DNA of 47,979 nucleotides from Piedraia hortae CBS 480.64. Lineage: Eukaryota. Below the pieces are notes generated by a model. It was not told the DNA's origin, ran no database searches, and was given only the letters and a program-made list of their open reading frames with translations. Where the stretch lies: assembly GCA_010093745.1 (NCBI GenBank), contig MU005999.1, positions 1 to 47,979 on the forward strand, written 5' to 3'. Shown here piece after piece: positions 1 to 12,586 of this stretch (position 1 is the stretch's first letter; each line of letters begins with the position of its first letter). Position numbers and translations under genes: made by a program.

Positions 1-1270
1 GTAGAGATTTGTATGCAGGTACACATCTGCTCACAATTATAATAAAAAGCGTTCGGGAAACGTCGGCACCACACCGGCGGGTTAAGCCATGCCACTACAC
101 CCGACAGTTTGGATAGCCGTGCATCCGCAGGACCAGTCAAGGGGAATCTGCGTGGCACCGTTACCCAATATGAGCGCACGCCGCAGGCACGGGTGCATGT
201 GGGTCAAATCGACAGCCATTCGTGCGCCTGCGTCCGTTCTAGACGGATAGAGCCGTCTTTCATTGATTCAACTGCCGGGCCGTGCCTGGCACCAGACACG
301 GAGCTTGATCTAAAACGAAAACCCGGTATATGATGTCCAAGATATAATGTACTGTGGGTCCTGTAAGAGAATTCTATATAGTTCAGGACTTCTTCACGCG
401 CAAAAAATCCCGGTTAACGGTTCGCTGCCTCTCTCCTGTACCTACTCCGCAATTTGGAATATCCACGTCACGTTCCGGGCGCGGAATCTGCAGCCCTCTC
501 GACGCCACCGATTTTTTTCCCGCGTGGACGTGATGGCCATGAGACAATGGGCGGCCTCGCAAAGCGTGGGTTCATGGGCTAAACGCCAAGCGTTGCTAAA
601 ATTATCATTTACGGTTGCCAAGCATCAAGTTCGGCCGTATAAAATGATTTGCACCATGGTTGGTTCCATGGTCGGATCTGCTGCAATGCCGATCAACGGC
701 AAGCCATGTTTTGCCCGCCAGCCATCCATTGACTGGCGAGGTTCATGTACCGGTGGCAACGCCCGCGCGTCTGTGCCTTCGTTCAGCGTTGGCGGCATAA
801 TAGCCATTACGGCCATGGCAGTGTAACCACCAGGTTGCTGCCGAATGTCGTTTGGAAGCATAAGGGCTTGACCGACGCCAACCCAGACCAAACCCCTGCC
901 TCGTCTACCCGTGGCGTCATGTTGTGCAGCGCACCATCTGGGTTGTGGAAACTTTTTGCGTACTCGACGAAATGTAGTATTGCCACAGCTTTCATACGCC
1001 AGGCAGCCAACGAGTTCGCGCTGGCCACGCCCATCACAGATGTTTATGCAGGAGCGTCTGCAAATCTTCCTTTTTTCTTCCCTCATCCCACCCACACCTC
1101 CTTCACCCCACCAACCACCATTCCTTTGCAGCTTTATGGATATCGCCCAGCCGGAGTTTTAAAGCCGGCATGTTGTGTTGTGTCCCACTCCCTCGTGTCG
1201 ACCAAATCCTGCTCCTTGGACCACCTCGGCGGATCGCACGCCTGCTGACATCCTCACGACACACGCAATC

Positions 1271-3758
1271 ATGGCTTCGTCCTCATGGGGCAACTACAGC
1301 TCGTCTGGACCGTCCCAAAACTCTGGCAATCCCTCCATGGCTAGCCGTTCTCGAAGGCCCCAAACCAGACAATTGCTTTCTTGCACCAAATGTCGAGAAC
1401 GAAAAGTGAAATGCGATCGTACGAAGCCCTGCTCGGCTTGCTGTGCGAGGGGTCATCCAAGAGAGTGTGAATTCATTGTAAATGAGGGCAGCGACTACGG
1501 TCCCATTGTGCAGTCATACGAGATTCGCCAGCTACGTGCTGAGAATCAAAGGCTGAGGATGCGTATCTCGGCCCTCGAGAGCAAAAGCGGTGAGCTGGAA
1601 GAGTCAAGCTCCAAACCAGCAGCCTCACGGGCAGTACTTGCTCGCCAGCGTCGATTTAAAGCGAGCGGCCGCATAGACAACTTGTATTTTGGGACACCGG
1701 AGCTCGCTAACATCGTCCATGACGTGAGTTTGGTCACTTGCAGTTGCATGATAAGACTGACCACGGCAGTTTGCAAACCTCAATATTGGCTCACACTCGC
1801 TCACGCATACTTTGCCTATGCCAAGACCGTTGGAAATTTACCGCCCTGATGAGTTGCGGTACCCTTTTCCAGTCTTCCATAACTGGACTGGTCCCGAGGC
1901 AGCAACAGCCCTCCTTCGGACCCTACCAGACCATGATGAACTCTTCTCCCTTCTTGATGACTTTCAAAGACGAGGGCAAATTAATTCTTATCCGCACGGC
2001 CCTGATGAAGTGCCTAAGAAGGAGGTGGAGCGGTTCTTGGCTGACGCCGATACAAATGCTCAAGCACATCCTGACATGCTCGCTCTCATTTTTGCCGCGC
2101 TAGCCACGGGTCTGCAGGTGGGTGAATGGGACAGAGCCGGAGGGCGTTGGGACAAGGATTCAATTGCCAAATCAACGCAGAATGGAGAAATTTACATCGC
2201 AGCAAGCATGCAGGCACTCCGCCTGGCGTCTTTCATGAGCCAGCCGACCATTCTCGCTATCCAGACCCTTCTCTTGATGGGTTCCTACCTCAGCAACTCG
2301 GGTCAATTCCTCGATGCCTGGACCCTCTTTGGCACAACGATTCGTCTGGCCCATTCCATTGGCTTGCATCGCAACCCCCGATTCCTCGACCCTACGCCTC
2401 CTCTGCGTGAGTGCATGATCCGGCAATCACTTTGGTGGTGGATGCTTCACCTTGACCAACAGTACTCGGTCACACTTGGCCGGCCACTTGGCATATCCGG
2501 CATGGGAGACTGTCCTCCACCGGACAGCCTCACTACGCATACCATTATCCTGCGACTGGGCGATTTTATCAACCACTACACCATCATGGCTCGGCAAATC
2601 CTCAGCAGTGACGGCATGATTGTTGCGTCCAAGATTGACGGCTTTACCGACGATTTGATCAGTCTTTGGGAAACAATGCCCCAGGAACTGCAGTGGAACG
2701 AAAGCTGGTCGCGGCGAGAGACGATTTTGCCAGAGTGGCCGATGGATGTCATTTCTGCTCACTTGTTCACCAAGGTCCAGTTGTTGCTCATCCTGCTGAA
2801 TCGTCAGCGAGGCGAGCAGACGCGATCGACTACCACCCCAGCCATGGCACAGAGCTCACCACTTCGAACAACTGCATCTACACGCCAAACTCGGCCCAAC
2901 GCGAGCGGTGCACCTCATCCGCGTCCGTCTCCGGTCAGAGGACGGGAGCTGGTCATCAATTCGGCAGTTTTGCTACTCAAGACGTTTCTCTATTTCTACT
3001 ACCGACGTCCCACAGTCTTGTCGTGGTGGACCGTGGAACAGCAGGCTTTCCATGCCTGCATGATTGTCATCCTGGATGAATGGGAAGTGGGCAACGATCT
3101 AAACCACTGGCTTGTCACACAGGTCTACATTGCGTTCCGAGATCTGCAGCAGAACGGGGTGCACAAATTGGCGAATTTGGCAGTCAAGAAGATCTCCGCG
3201 GCCCTATCCCTCCTAGCACGCCGAAAAGACGAGCGCAGTGGTCTCCCAACACAGCCAATGCCATTGCATTCCGACTCTAATACGTTCAAGGACTGGCCAA
3301 TTGACACAGTCATGGGACATCGTGGTATGTTTTTATTGGAAGACCCAGGGCTGCAATCGTACGAACCACCAGCCTTTCAGCCTTTGAGCTGGCAAATGAT
3401 CGGACTCAATACGAATGTAAATGCGAATCATCTCTCGGAAATGATTGCCTCGCACATTCCCGTCAGCGATGTCTCACCCGCTCCCTTTCCCGTTATTACC
3501 CGTCCCTTCTTCCACAACCCTTCCTACAACACGTCATCAGAACAGCAATCCAGCCAACCCGTTACCCAGCCTCATGTACAAATGGCACCATCTCCGTTCC
3601 TCGAACACACTTTCCCAAATACGCCCTCCGCGCCCCAATCGCAGAGCACATCCACCACGTCGTTCGCACAGCAGTTTTATCAACCCAGCGGTATCCGCCG
3701 CAGACAGGTATACCAGCACCAGTCCTCCGGGGTACGGTCATCCTTGAGCCGACATTGA
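1271..3758 (+). CDS. Zn(II)2Cys6 fungal transcription factor with fungal-specific TF (middle homology) domain; exons 1271-1723, 1770-3758
   Basis: Exon 1 has CTKCRERKVKCDRTKPCSACCARGHPREC followed by a coiled-coil. Intron 1724-1769 (GTGAGT...ACTGAC...GGCAG, 46 nt, phase 0) joins it in frame to the 1812-3758 ORF, which has the AHSIGLHRNP...RQSLWW...LD...SVTLGRP motif. Confidence 0.92.
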
Positions 3759-4040
3759 CAATTCTAATGAAGGCGTGCAAGGTTACGAGACTTTTCTCTT
3801 TGTTATAGGCATCACTTGTGCATCTGTAATATCATATAGCATCTGCATTCTTATCCAGTCGCTGTAAACGAGGAGAACGAAATGGGAATGGGTGCTGCAG
3901 CACCAATGGTTTTTTGCTACTACAAAGTCTATGTCCATAGTGCGTTGAATGACTCGCAGACTTCATCTTGTGTCCAGAAGAAGGTATCATCTACAACCCA
4001 TAACGCCCGCATTCACATCATAACACCTGCTCATTGCAAA

Positions 4041-5789
4041 TTACGTACACTGCTCTGAAGCCCTCCTAGGCGAAGGCGGAGCCATTAATGACGCGGGGCC
4101 GTCTTTGAATGCCACGCCAACGGCGAGGGCGAGAGTAAGTGTGAACTTGAGCCACAGCCAAGGCGAGTGTTTTGAGACTTCTTCGGTCTCGGGGTTGCAG
4201 ATTCTCTTGCCAGGGCCGGACATGATATCCGGACGGCTAGGGTTGCGGGATGGCGGAGGGGTGAGGGGAGGAAGAAGCCGGTTGCGTGTCATTGGTCCGA
4301 GGAGGACGCCAACCAGCCACCACTGTACGCCGCGAAGAGTGCCTGATAGACGCGGATTGCGGTTCACCGTCGATACCAGTTGACGTGCCATGCGGTGCCA
4401 TGTGGGCATGGCGCCAGCGTCCATTGCACAGTGTGTTGGGCTGTGTGGCCACGGACTGGACCATGTCGAGCTCGACACCTCTCGCAACTCGTACTGAAGG
4501 GTCGCTGCTGGCGTCGGTGTTACCTCCGTGCCCAGTTCGCTTGGAGAGGATGCGGTTGACAGCGTCGCCCTGCGGCTCATGGGAGAACCATCGGTGTCGC
4601 AGGCGGATGACGAGGTCGGCAGGATGAGCGGCTTCAGAGCGATGCTACCGCCAAAACGCCGCATCCTACGGGGCCTGTTGCGTGCTTGAAAGCCCTGCCA
4701 ACTTGACGTGGTCGGAGAGTCATCGGCACGCGGAGAAAATAGGGATTCGCTGGTTGGCGATGTCGCTCGCACGAGCACGGGAGTCATCGGAGATGAGGGC
4801 AACGTCTGGCTATGGCGGTCTGGAGAGACGGCAACACGGGCAGTGGGGAAGAGCGGGACCATGGAGACAGGCCGCGAATGACGTCCAGGAGGAGCAGAGA
4901 TGTCAACACGCGTGGGAGACTCGGCCAGCAAGCCAGACACAATCTCGAATCGCTTCTCAATTTGTTCATTGGCGGCTTCGGCATCCGCCCGCTGCCGCTC
5001 TACCTCGGCCAGCCGCGCGCGTGTCATTTCCAGCTCGTGCTGCAGTTGAATCAAAGTGTCCTTGGCCTGGCGGAGCGCGAGTTCGGCTGCATGGCTCCGT
5101 TGGGCTGCGTCGCGCACCGCCTCGTCCACACGCTCTTCGTACTTGGCTTCCCACCCGGCCACATCGGCGTGCAATCGGCGAATTTCCTGGCGCAGATTGC
5201 GCTCGCGAGCTTTGTGTTCGCGCGTCAAGGTGGGCGAATTCAGTGCGCGCAGTCGTGCTTCGGCCGCGGCCAGCTCGGTCTCAACATGCTCGACGTACGA
5301 TCTTGCTTCGCCGCTCGCTGACCGCCGCGTCCCGGCCACCGATCGGGACTTGACTCGCAGACTGCGGCGCCCGCCGCGCGGCGGTGTGGGCTCCGGCGAG
5401 GTCGGCGGCGGAGAGGTCGCCAGGGGCGTTACACGGCGTGGAGGAATGGGAGATGCGCGGAAGCCGGCATTACGCAGCTGCAGACGCCGTGCTTGTCTTG
5501 AGGTTCCAGGCCCAGACAGTCTTGGTGATGGTTGCTCGGGCTGCTTGGGTGGAGATTCGGTCAGCCGCGGAGATGCTGGGGGAGGCGGAGAGTTCATTGG
5601 AGTCGCCGTTGGTGAAGGAGATCGAAGCCAGGCAAGTGTTGAGACCACACGTTTGCCGGCCCACGTTTCCGCCACACGGTCGCATACCAGAGCCGCGGCC
5701 GAGGTCAGCAGCGGCCGCTCGGGAGTTGCCTGGGCGGCCCGCGCCGGCACGGCTGTTGCCATGCAGCGACTTGCGCATGCGGGGGACAT
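4041..5789 (-). CDS. Uncharacterised protein: Pro/Ser-rich, central coiled-coil, hydrophobic C-terminal segment
   Basis: 582-codon ORF with a heptad-like E/A/L/R-rich stretch (YVEHVETELAAAEARL...EQIEKRF) and C-terminal HSPWLWLKFTLTLALAVGVAFKDGP. The start codon is uncertain (5789, 5762 or further downstream). Confidence 0.75.
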   Translation of the reverse strand: MSPACASRCMATAVPARAAQATPERPLLTSAAALVCDRVAETWAGKRVVSTLAWLRSPSPTATPMNSPPPPASPRLTESPPKQPEQPSPRLSGPGTSRQARRLQLRNAGFRASPIPPRRVTPLATSPPPTSPEPTPPRGGRRSLRVKSRSVAGTRRSASGEARSYVEHVETELAAAEARLRALNSPTLTREHKARERNLRQEIRRLHADVAGWEAKYEERVDEAVRDAAQRSHAAELALRQAKDTLIQLQHELEMTRARLAEVERQRADAEAANEQIEKRFEIVSGLLAESPTRVDISAPPGRHSRPVSMVPLFPTARVAVSPDRHSQTLPSSPMTPVLVRATSPTSESLFSPRADDSPTTSSWQGFQARNRPRRMRRFGGSIALKPLILPTSSSACDTDGSPMSRRATLSTASSPSELGTEVTPTPAATLQYELREVSSSTWSSPWPHSPTHCAMDAGAMPTWHRMARQLVSTVNRNPRLSGTLRGVQWWLVGVLLGPMTRNRLLPPLTPPPSRNPSRPDIMSGPGKRICNPETEEVSKHSPWLWLKFTLTLALAVGVAFKDGPASLMAPPSPRRASEQCT

Positions 5790-6080
5790 TACGTCTTGCG
5801 TGCAGATGACGTTTTCCCGTCTTACGACGACGTCGTTTGCGGGGGGAGCGTGAAGGAACGCTTCTTAACGACTTGCCTTGTATGCTCGGTGCGTCGTCCT
5901 TCGCATTGCGACAATTTCAAACTGTGGGACCTCATCTGGACCCATTGCCACTGCACACGTGAAGCCGTTGTGCAGCGTAGCCTGTCAATTTCGCTCCTGT
6001 ACGCCCTGAAACCTTTCCTTTTGACGCCCTGAATCGTCTTCTTTGATGCGCCGTTTCATCGATATCTTGTAGCCCTGGCC

Positions 6081-7957
6081 ATGAGGGCCCTGCCCAACCT
6101 CGATCCTAGGGGCTTCTTTCCGAAATTTGCATATCACAAAGTTTCCCTTGGCGAATCGTCTAGGGCACGGTGGCGGTTCAAATTACTGGGCCTGATCGCT
6201 GCCCTGCTCGTTGCATACTCTCTGTTGCGGTGGTCAAACGCTCCACTCCGCGTGGCCAAACAGTCCGATGCACCGACATTCGCTTGGCAGCATTTCCAGC
6301 CGTTGACTGGCTACTACAATGACATTCGAACCCTGGTTCCGTATGGCCAATGGCGACCGGAAAACGGTTACAATCTTTCTGACCCAAGCAACGAGGCCTC
6401 ATTGAGTGCCCCTACACAACCAGAGGCTTTCAATCCCTACAGCCAGCCCACACAGCAATGCTATCTTGACGCTGCGGAAAAAGTCCCTGCGCCTGACGTT
6501 TACGCTTACACCGGCTTGCCCAACATGCGCCGGAGCCGCTATTTGGAAGCTACTCTGAGCTCGGGCTGCGAAACGATATCTGCTTCGATCGTGTCGGGCG
6601 CTTGGTCCCCTATGGCTTTGGATACGCAGAGAAGCTCGGCGGCCTTGGTATCGGACGTGTATCCGAAAAGGATAGTGAATTTCTCACTGGCCCCATCGAC
6701 TATCGTTCAGTCGACTGGGGTGGTGCTCAGAAAAGCTGTCGAGAACGCAACAGTCCGAAGCATCGCCAGGCATTTGTCCTACGTGCGTGGACCGGTTTTG
6801 ACTGGACGCCATACCGAATATTGGCTACTCGTGCGCTCATCAACGAGTTGTCTCTTCGTTCGGGAGGCGAGTACGATGTGCACATCCTGCTTCATGTGCG
6901 TGACGACGGCATCCCCATCTGGGCCGATGCGGGCGTCTACAACGCGACCGTACAGGCAAACGTTCCCAAAGAATTTTGGAACATGACGACCCTGTGGTCA
7001 GAACGGCTAATGCGCACATATTATTCCAACCCGTTTGGCGAAAACTTTGCGCCCATGGCTGGGTCCAGCGTACACGGTGTGTATCGAAGCGCTCACTTTG
7101 CGCTCCAGTGGTTTTCCCAGCATCATCCCGAATATGACTTTGTGTGGAATTGGGAAATGGATGTTCGATACAGTGGTCACTACTACGAGTTGGCCTCGCG
7201 TATTGGTGCTTGGGCAAGACAACTGCCTCGCAAAGGCATGTGGGAGCGAGCGAGTCGGTTTTACATTCCTGCCCGGCATGGTGATTGGGCCAACTTTACC
7301 CTTTCCGTCGAGCGGGAAATGGTTGAAGAAAAGCAGCAGCCTGTTTGGGGGCCAGTCGATTTCGCTCAGGGCCCGCCTCCGCTGCTGAATGAGACGCAGC
7401 CTCTTGTCCCTTACGACCAAGACAATTACGTTTGGGGCGTCGGTGAAGATGCCGACTTCGTCACCTTCAATCCCATCTTTGATCCAAGCAAAACCAACTG
7501 GGTATTTCGCGAAGATGTAACCGGATTCGACCGTCACAAACCCATCCCTCCAAGGCGGGCTTCAATCATCACCATTTCCCGACTTTCTCGCCGTCTGCTC
7601 AACATCATGCATCGCGAGGTCTGGGACAGGCGTCATACAATGTTCACAGAGATGTTTCCTGCCACGGTCTGCTTGCATCACGGGCTTAAAGCCGTCTACG
7701 TTCCCCATCCCGTTGCCTTTGATCGAGACTGGAACCTCGAACATGCAGACGCGGTATTCAACCACCCCACTGAGCCGTGGGCAAGTCCTTTTGGTTGGGG
7801 TGAGCACAATATGTTTGGAGGAACGCACTACTACAACTCTATCTTTGCTGGAAATTTATGGAGGCGTTGGTTAGGCAGCGAAGGAGACAAGCAAGAGAAG
7901 GAAACCGGACGGATGTGTCTGAGATCGCTGTTGCTTCATCCCATCAAGAAGGAGTGA
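6081..7957 (+). pseudogene. DUF3405-family type II membrane protein, split by an apparent 1-nt deletion near 6519-6521 (pseudogene or sequencing error)
   Basis: N-terminal TM anchor, then PDVYAYTGLP in one frame. It continues as HAPEPLFGSYSELGLRNDICFDRVGRLVPYGFGY in another frame, leading to RALINELSL, WNWEMDVRYSGH, EMFPATVCLHHGLKAVYVPHP and LLHPIK. No intron-like sequence lies at the junction. Confidence 0.8.
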
Positions 7958-8140
7958 GCTCCGTAATGTATGTATGAATGAATATCATAATTATTATCAT
8001 AGCTACAGTTCCTTGAACGGTTAAGCGCGAACGGTGGCGGCTAGCGGCCGGGTCCACCACAACGTCATAAGTCCGGTCGCAGACGTCATCGACCAACCTT
8101 TTGGCTTCCCCGGCCGGGGGCCTCACTTCACCTCCCCACC

Positions 8141-10059
8141 ATGTCGACCATCCAGAATCTCAAAAATTTCATCCGCCATGGTAAGCAGGCTCGAGACACA
8201 CGGTCACCGCCGGACCAGGCAACGACGCAGGTATCGGCCGTCCATGCCCAGACGCACCGCCGTCGTGGTCGCTCGCCCGATTGGGGAATCAGCGAGCCAA
8301 ATGTGCACAAAGAGGAGCGGTCACGTCACCACGCCCCTCAGCCCCACGAGAACTTTTCAAGCCCCGCAGGCGATGGACGCAACGTTGCCGCTCGCGCCGG
8401 GAATGTAGCAGCCACCGCCGTTGACGACCGACAAAAGCGAGAGCGCAAACAAAAAGAATACGATCAAGCAATGCTCCAAAAGATTGTCGCCGAAGAGCGA
8501 GAGAGCAAAGGGAAAATGCCCGTCTACGCGGGTCTGGAGAGATGGCGGCTGATTGAGAAAATGGGCGACGGCGCGTTCAGTAATGTTTATCGCGCCAAAG
8601 ACTTGCTGGGAAATCAGGGCGAGGTGGCCATCAAGGTGGTGCGTAAGTCTGAGATGAATTCGCAACAGGTGAGTCCGGCGTAACTTGCATCTAATGCGCT
8701 GCCTGACGTTTGCAGCGCGCCAGCGTTCTCAAAGAAGTGCAGATTATGCGCCAACTTGACCATCCCAATATTGTGAAGCTGGTAGACTTTTCTGAAAGCA
8801 GGGAGCATTTCTACATTACGCTCGAGCTTTGCCCTGGCGGTGAGCTCTTTCACCAGATTGTGCGGCTTACATACTTTAGCGAGAACCTGTCGCGGCACGT
8901 CATCACCCAGGTAGCAAAGGCGCTGGACTATCTCCATGAAGAAGCGGGCGTCGTGCACCGCGATATTAAGCCCGAGAATCTGCTGTTCTACCCCATCCCC
9001 TTCATCCCTACCAAGAATCCTAAACCAAAAGGTCCAGAGGACGAGGATAAGGAAGATGAAGGCGAGTTTATTCCCGGCAAGGGCTCTGGTGGTATCGGTG
9101 TCATCAAAATTGCAGATTTTGGCCTCAGCAAGGTCGTCTGGGACACGCAAACGATGACGCCCTGCGGCACCGTCGGCTACACGGCGCCAGAGATCGTCAA
9201 GGACGAGCGCTACTCCAAATCCGTTGATATGTGGGCGCTCGGCTGCGTTCTTTACACGCTGCTCTGCGGTTTCCCGCCCTTTTACGACGAAAGCATCCAG
9301 GTGCTCACCGAGAAGGTTGCCCGGGGACAGTACACGTTCCTTTCGCCGTGGTGGGACGACATTTCCAAATCCGCCCAGGATCTTGTATCACATTTGCTCA
9401 CAGTCGATCCTGACAAGCGTTATGATATTGGGCAGTTTCTCAACCATCCCTGGATCCGCCAGACTAATGAGCCAACGCACGCTGCGGCAGACGCTCCGCC
9501 GCTTGCCACGCCGCTCTACACGCGTACGGCACCAGTGCTTGACGAGAGATCCCCAAGCCCTGTAAAACAAGACTTTAAATATCTTGACGAGACGCCTGGA
9601 GCAGGACGACGGGGCGACTTCCGTTCACCGGGTGCTATCAACCTACGTGAAGTATTTGACGTGGGCTACAGCGTCCACCGCCAAGAAGAGGAAGCCAAGC
9701 GACGCATGAAGCAGGGCTACCGCGCAGGCGGTCCGTTGGATGCTCTCAACGAAGACGAAGAGAACGGCCGCGCCTCGTCCAAGGTAAGCCGGGCGCATGA
9801 AGACGTCAGTGGCATCAGTACCCAGATGCGAGACACAAAGCTGTCGGCAGCAGCACAGGCAAGACGTGCAGCAGCAGTTCCTAAACCACAGGCACGGGGT
9901 TACGGACAACACAGCGCCGAAGTCGCCGCGGCTGCCAAACGCCAGGTGCGCAACAAGGCGGGAGAGTTCGAACTGTCACTTGACAACGCCACGTTACTCG
10001 GACGACGGGGTAAAAAGACTCCAATGAGCAGCGGTTTACGACAGGAATTGGTACAGTGA
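8141..10059 (+). CDS. srk1: CAMK-group MAPK-activated protein kinase, Srk1/Rck2 type; exons 8141-8668, 8716-10059
   Basis: N-terminus MSTIQNLKNFIRHGKQAR; kinase motifs MGDGAFSNV, VAIK, HRDIKPEN, DFG and TPCGTVGYTAPE, with the long acidic kinase insert. Intron 8669-8715 (GTGAGT...CTGAC...TGCAG, 47 nt). Confidence 0.93.
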
Positions 10060-10154
10060 TTAATTAGACTCGCTTTTCTCCTTGCATCATGTTAGAGGTT
10101 GCGTAATAGCTGGCGTTGGAGCAAAGTATTCGACTGGTTCCTTCCATATAGCCA

Positions 10155-12586
10155 TCAGCCCTTCCTTCCCTTCCCCTCAGGCGAAGCAACCCTGCTCTGC
10201 AATGGTGTTGGACTCCCACTAGTAATGGTAATAACACTACCCGGGGCGGAAATCCCCTCAGCCAACTGTGCAACCCTTTTCGGCATCCTCTGGTACGTTG
10301 GAGACGCAAGCCTCATCCGCTTTCGTCCTGACTGCTCCACACTCTGCTGCGTTCTTGACGGACGCTTCCTCAACTCCCTAGTCGCATAGCGGGGGATATT
10401 CTGCGCATCTGGATCCTGATGACCGATCCTGCGGGGGTCAAAGGTATACCCGTATAAGTCCGCCTCTTTTTTATCTTCGAAAATTTGGGGGTCGATGGGC
10501 AGGTTTGGGGGACGCATTGTACGACGGGGTATCTTGGCGTGGGGGGCTGTTATCCTATCCAGAGCTTGGTATTCTGTTTGAAGAACTTGAAGAGCTTTGG
10601 CTGCGTTTGAGGATAAGAGTTTGAGGTTTGAGAGGGGGCGGGTTTTGGGGTCGTGTTTGAGTAAGGAACGGACGATTTGGTCAGTGTTTAGACAGGAGAA
10701 ATTTTGGCGGAGTTGGCGGTCTAGATCGTCGCCTTCGTTTTCGTGACAGCGCCATTCGGATCGGAAGACGGGAGGGAGGTCTTTTTCCGTCAATATGTCT
10801 TCGTGCGGTGCCAGCATTGGTTTGGGGGCTTCTTGATTCCGGACGGGAGTGCGTTGGCGGCGTCGACCCCGGGGCTGGGTTTCTTCGTTGTTGACTGTGT
10901 CCTCGGGTGAAGTTACACCTGCTGTGTTCTGTAGTTGTGATTGTTTCTTGATATCATCAGCTTGCGCCTTGGTAGTCTGGCTCCATTTGCCTCCTCCTCG
11001 GTATATCCAGGGGAGCTGTGGCCATTTGTCTGGGCCATCCGCTTTAAGGAACAAAGCGGTCAAGGGCGAAGGCTCGTCCGTCCCTGTCATTACCTGTAAA
11101 GACGGTATTGATGAGGCACGGGCCTGGCTATCATCGGTCTTGCAGTCGTTTGCCGCAGGCCCTCGCCTGGCTATTTTGTTGTGACTACCGGGTGGCGGCG
11201 TGCCGAGTGCCCACCGGCCTTGACCCTTGTGGTAAAAGTTCAAGTGTGGATGGGCGTTCACGTAGGCCGATGAAAAGAGTTGCAGCGGAGTGGCTTGCGA
11301 CTTCTCTTGACTGGCTTGCGATTGGGATCGCACAGTAACAGCAGCACCTGGTCGTGACCCTCGGGCATACTTCCCCTGCCCACGATGGTACCACTTTTCC
11401 TCCGGATGCGCAAGCACATATGCCTTGTCCACCAAGTCATACTTTTGCTTCTGTTCCGTAGACTCAAGTCTCTGCGAGTCATCATGGATAGATAGACTGG
11501 GACTTCCTTCCTCGATGGATCGGCTGGCTCGGCGTTTCCGAGACTTTCCGGGAGTGGCAAGAGACGAGCTCTGGCTAAGGAGGTCTGACTTTCGCACATA
11601 GCGGCCCTTTCCTCGATGAACCCACTCGATTTCTGGGTGCATGTCCTTGTAGGTCTTGTCAACTAATGCTCCAGTAGGGAGATGATCCCTGGAGTTGTTT
11701 CCCTGAGGCACAGGCCCCGACAATTGGGCGTTAGCCAACCATCTTTCCGGAACACCTTCGGCTTTGTTATGAAAGCTTTGATCCGCCTCATCTTCGCTGA
11801 CTTTGTACATTTCAGACGAGTCTTCCGAATCTGATGATGTGTTATAGAAGCCCGGCAAATCAGGGCGAGGACGAGCCTGGCGACCAAGTAAAAGTTCGCG
11901 TGCTTGACCGGTAGGAATGTCCAGTTGCTCCCACATTCCTCTTCGCTCATTGTGTGATTCTGGAGCTGGTTGAACATTGAGCTCTTGGACATCCAATGTG
12001 CCAGCTGTTGTGCTGCGCGATCGCCTACCTGATCTAATGTTGTTAGCCGTGTCCGTCTTCGTTTGTTAATTGCCGGTTCGTGTTGACACAAACCAACCGA
12101 AACATAAAGAAAGACTTACCTTCCGCGCTTCGAAAACGAACCGTTGGGGTTCGTTGCGACCTCATCCACCGGTAACCATCGTCCTTTGCCGCGATGAACC
12201 CATGTGATATTCGGGAATCGGAGTGTGTGTTCTTTGCTGAATGTACCATGATGATTACGTCCATGTTCAATCTCGTTGTTATGATTACTCTGATCGTTGC
12301 TTTGAGCGATGGTCCTATGCACAGACTCGTCGTGCACTTTTCGTAGCAGTCCCGGTGGAAGTTTGATCGTTAAATATCGACCATTCGATACCGTAGCTGA
12401 GGTTCTAACGCGCCTCTTTCCTTCTACTTTATCGCTCATGTCGATTTCTGGAACATCGAGTTTACTGACAGGCTGAGGGAGCAGCCTGGGCGTTGTAGAC
12501 AACAAAGATGTAAGTTGTCGCTGTTGGCTCAAAGGTTTATCGTTTACCTCCATGCAGCTCATCACTGGGCTGCTAATCGAATACAT
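10155..12586 (-). CDS. Uncharacterised protein with five HRGxG(R/K)(W/Y)-type repeats; exons 12586-12120, 12033-10155
   Basis: CACC-ATG at 12586. Intron 12119-12034 (GTAAGT...GCTAAC...TTAG, 86 nt, phase 2) joins ORFs 12116-12697 and 10155-11996 in frame. The same motif occurs in both exons. Confidence 0.8.

Noticed and set aside
109..1248. Several overlapping ORFs of 74-167 aa upstream of the first transcription factor
   Set aside because: No recognisable motifs, mutually overlapping, and no convincing exon structure. Treated as promoter/UTR sequence.
4105..5853. Long plus-strand ORFs (up to 265 aa) opposite the coiled-coil gene
   Set aside because: Antisense shadows expected in a GC-rich CDS; low-complexity Arg/Ala/Ser translations.
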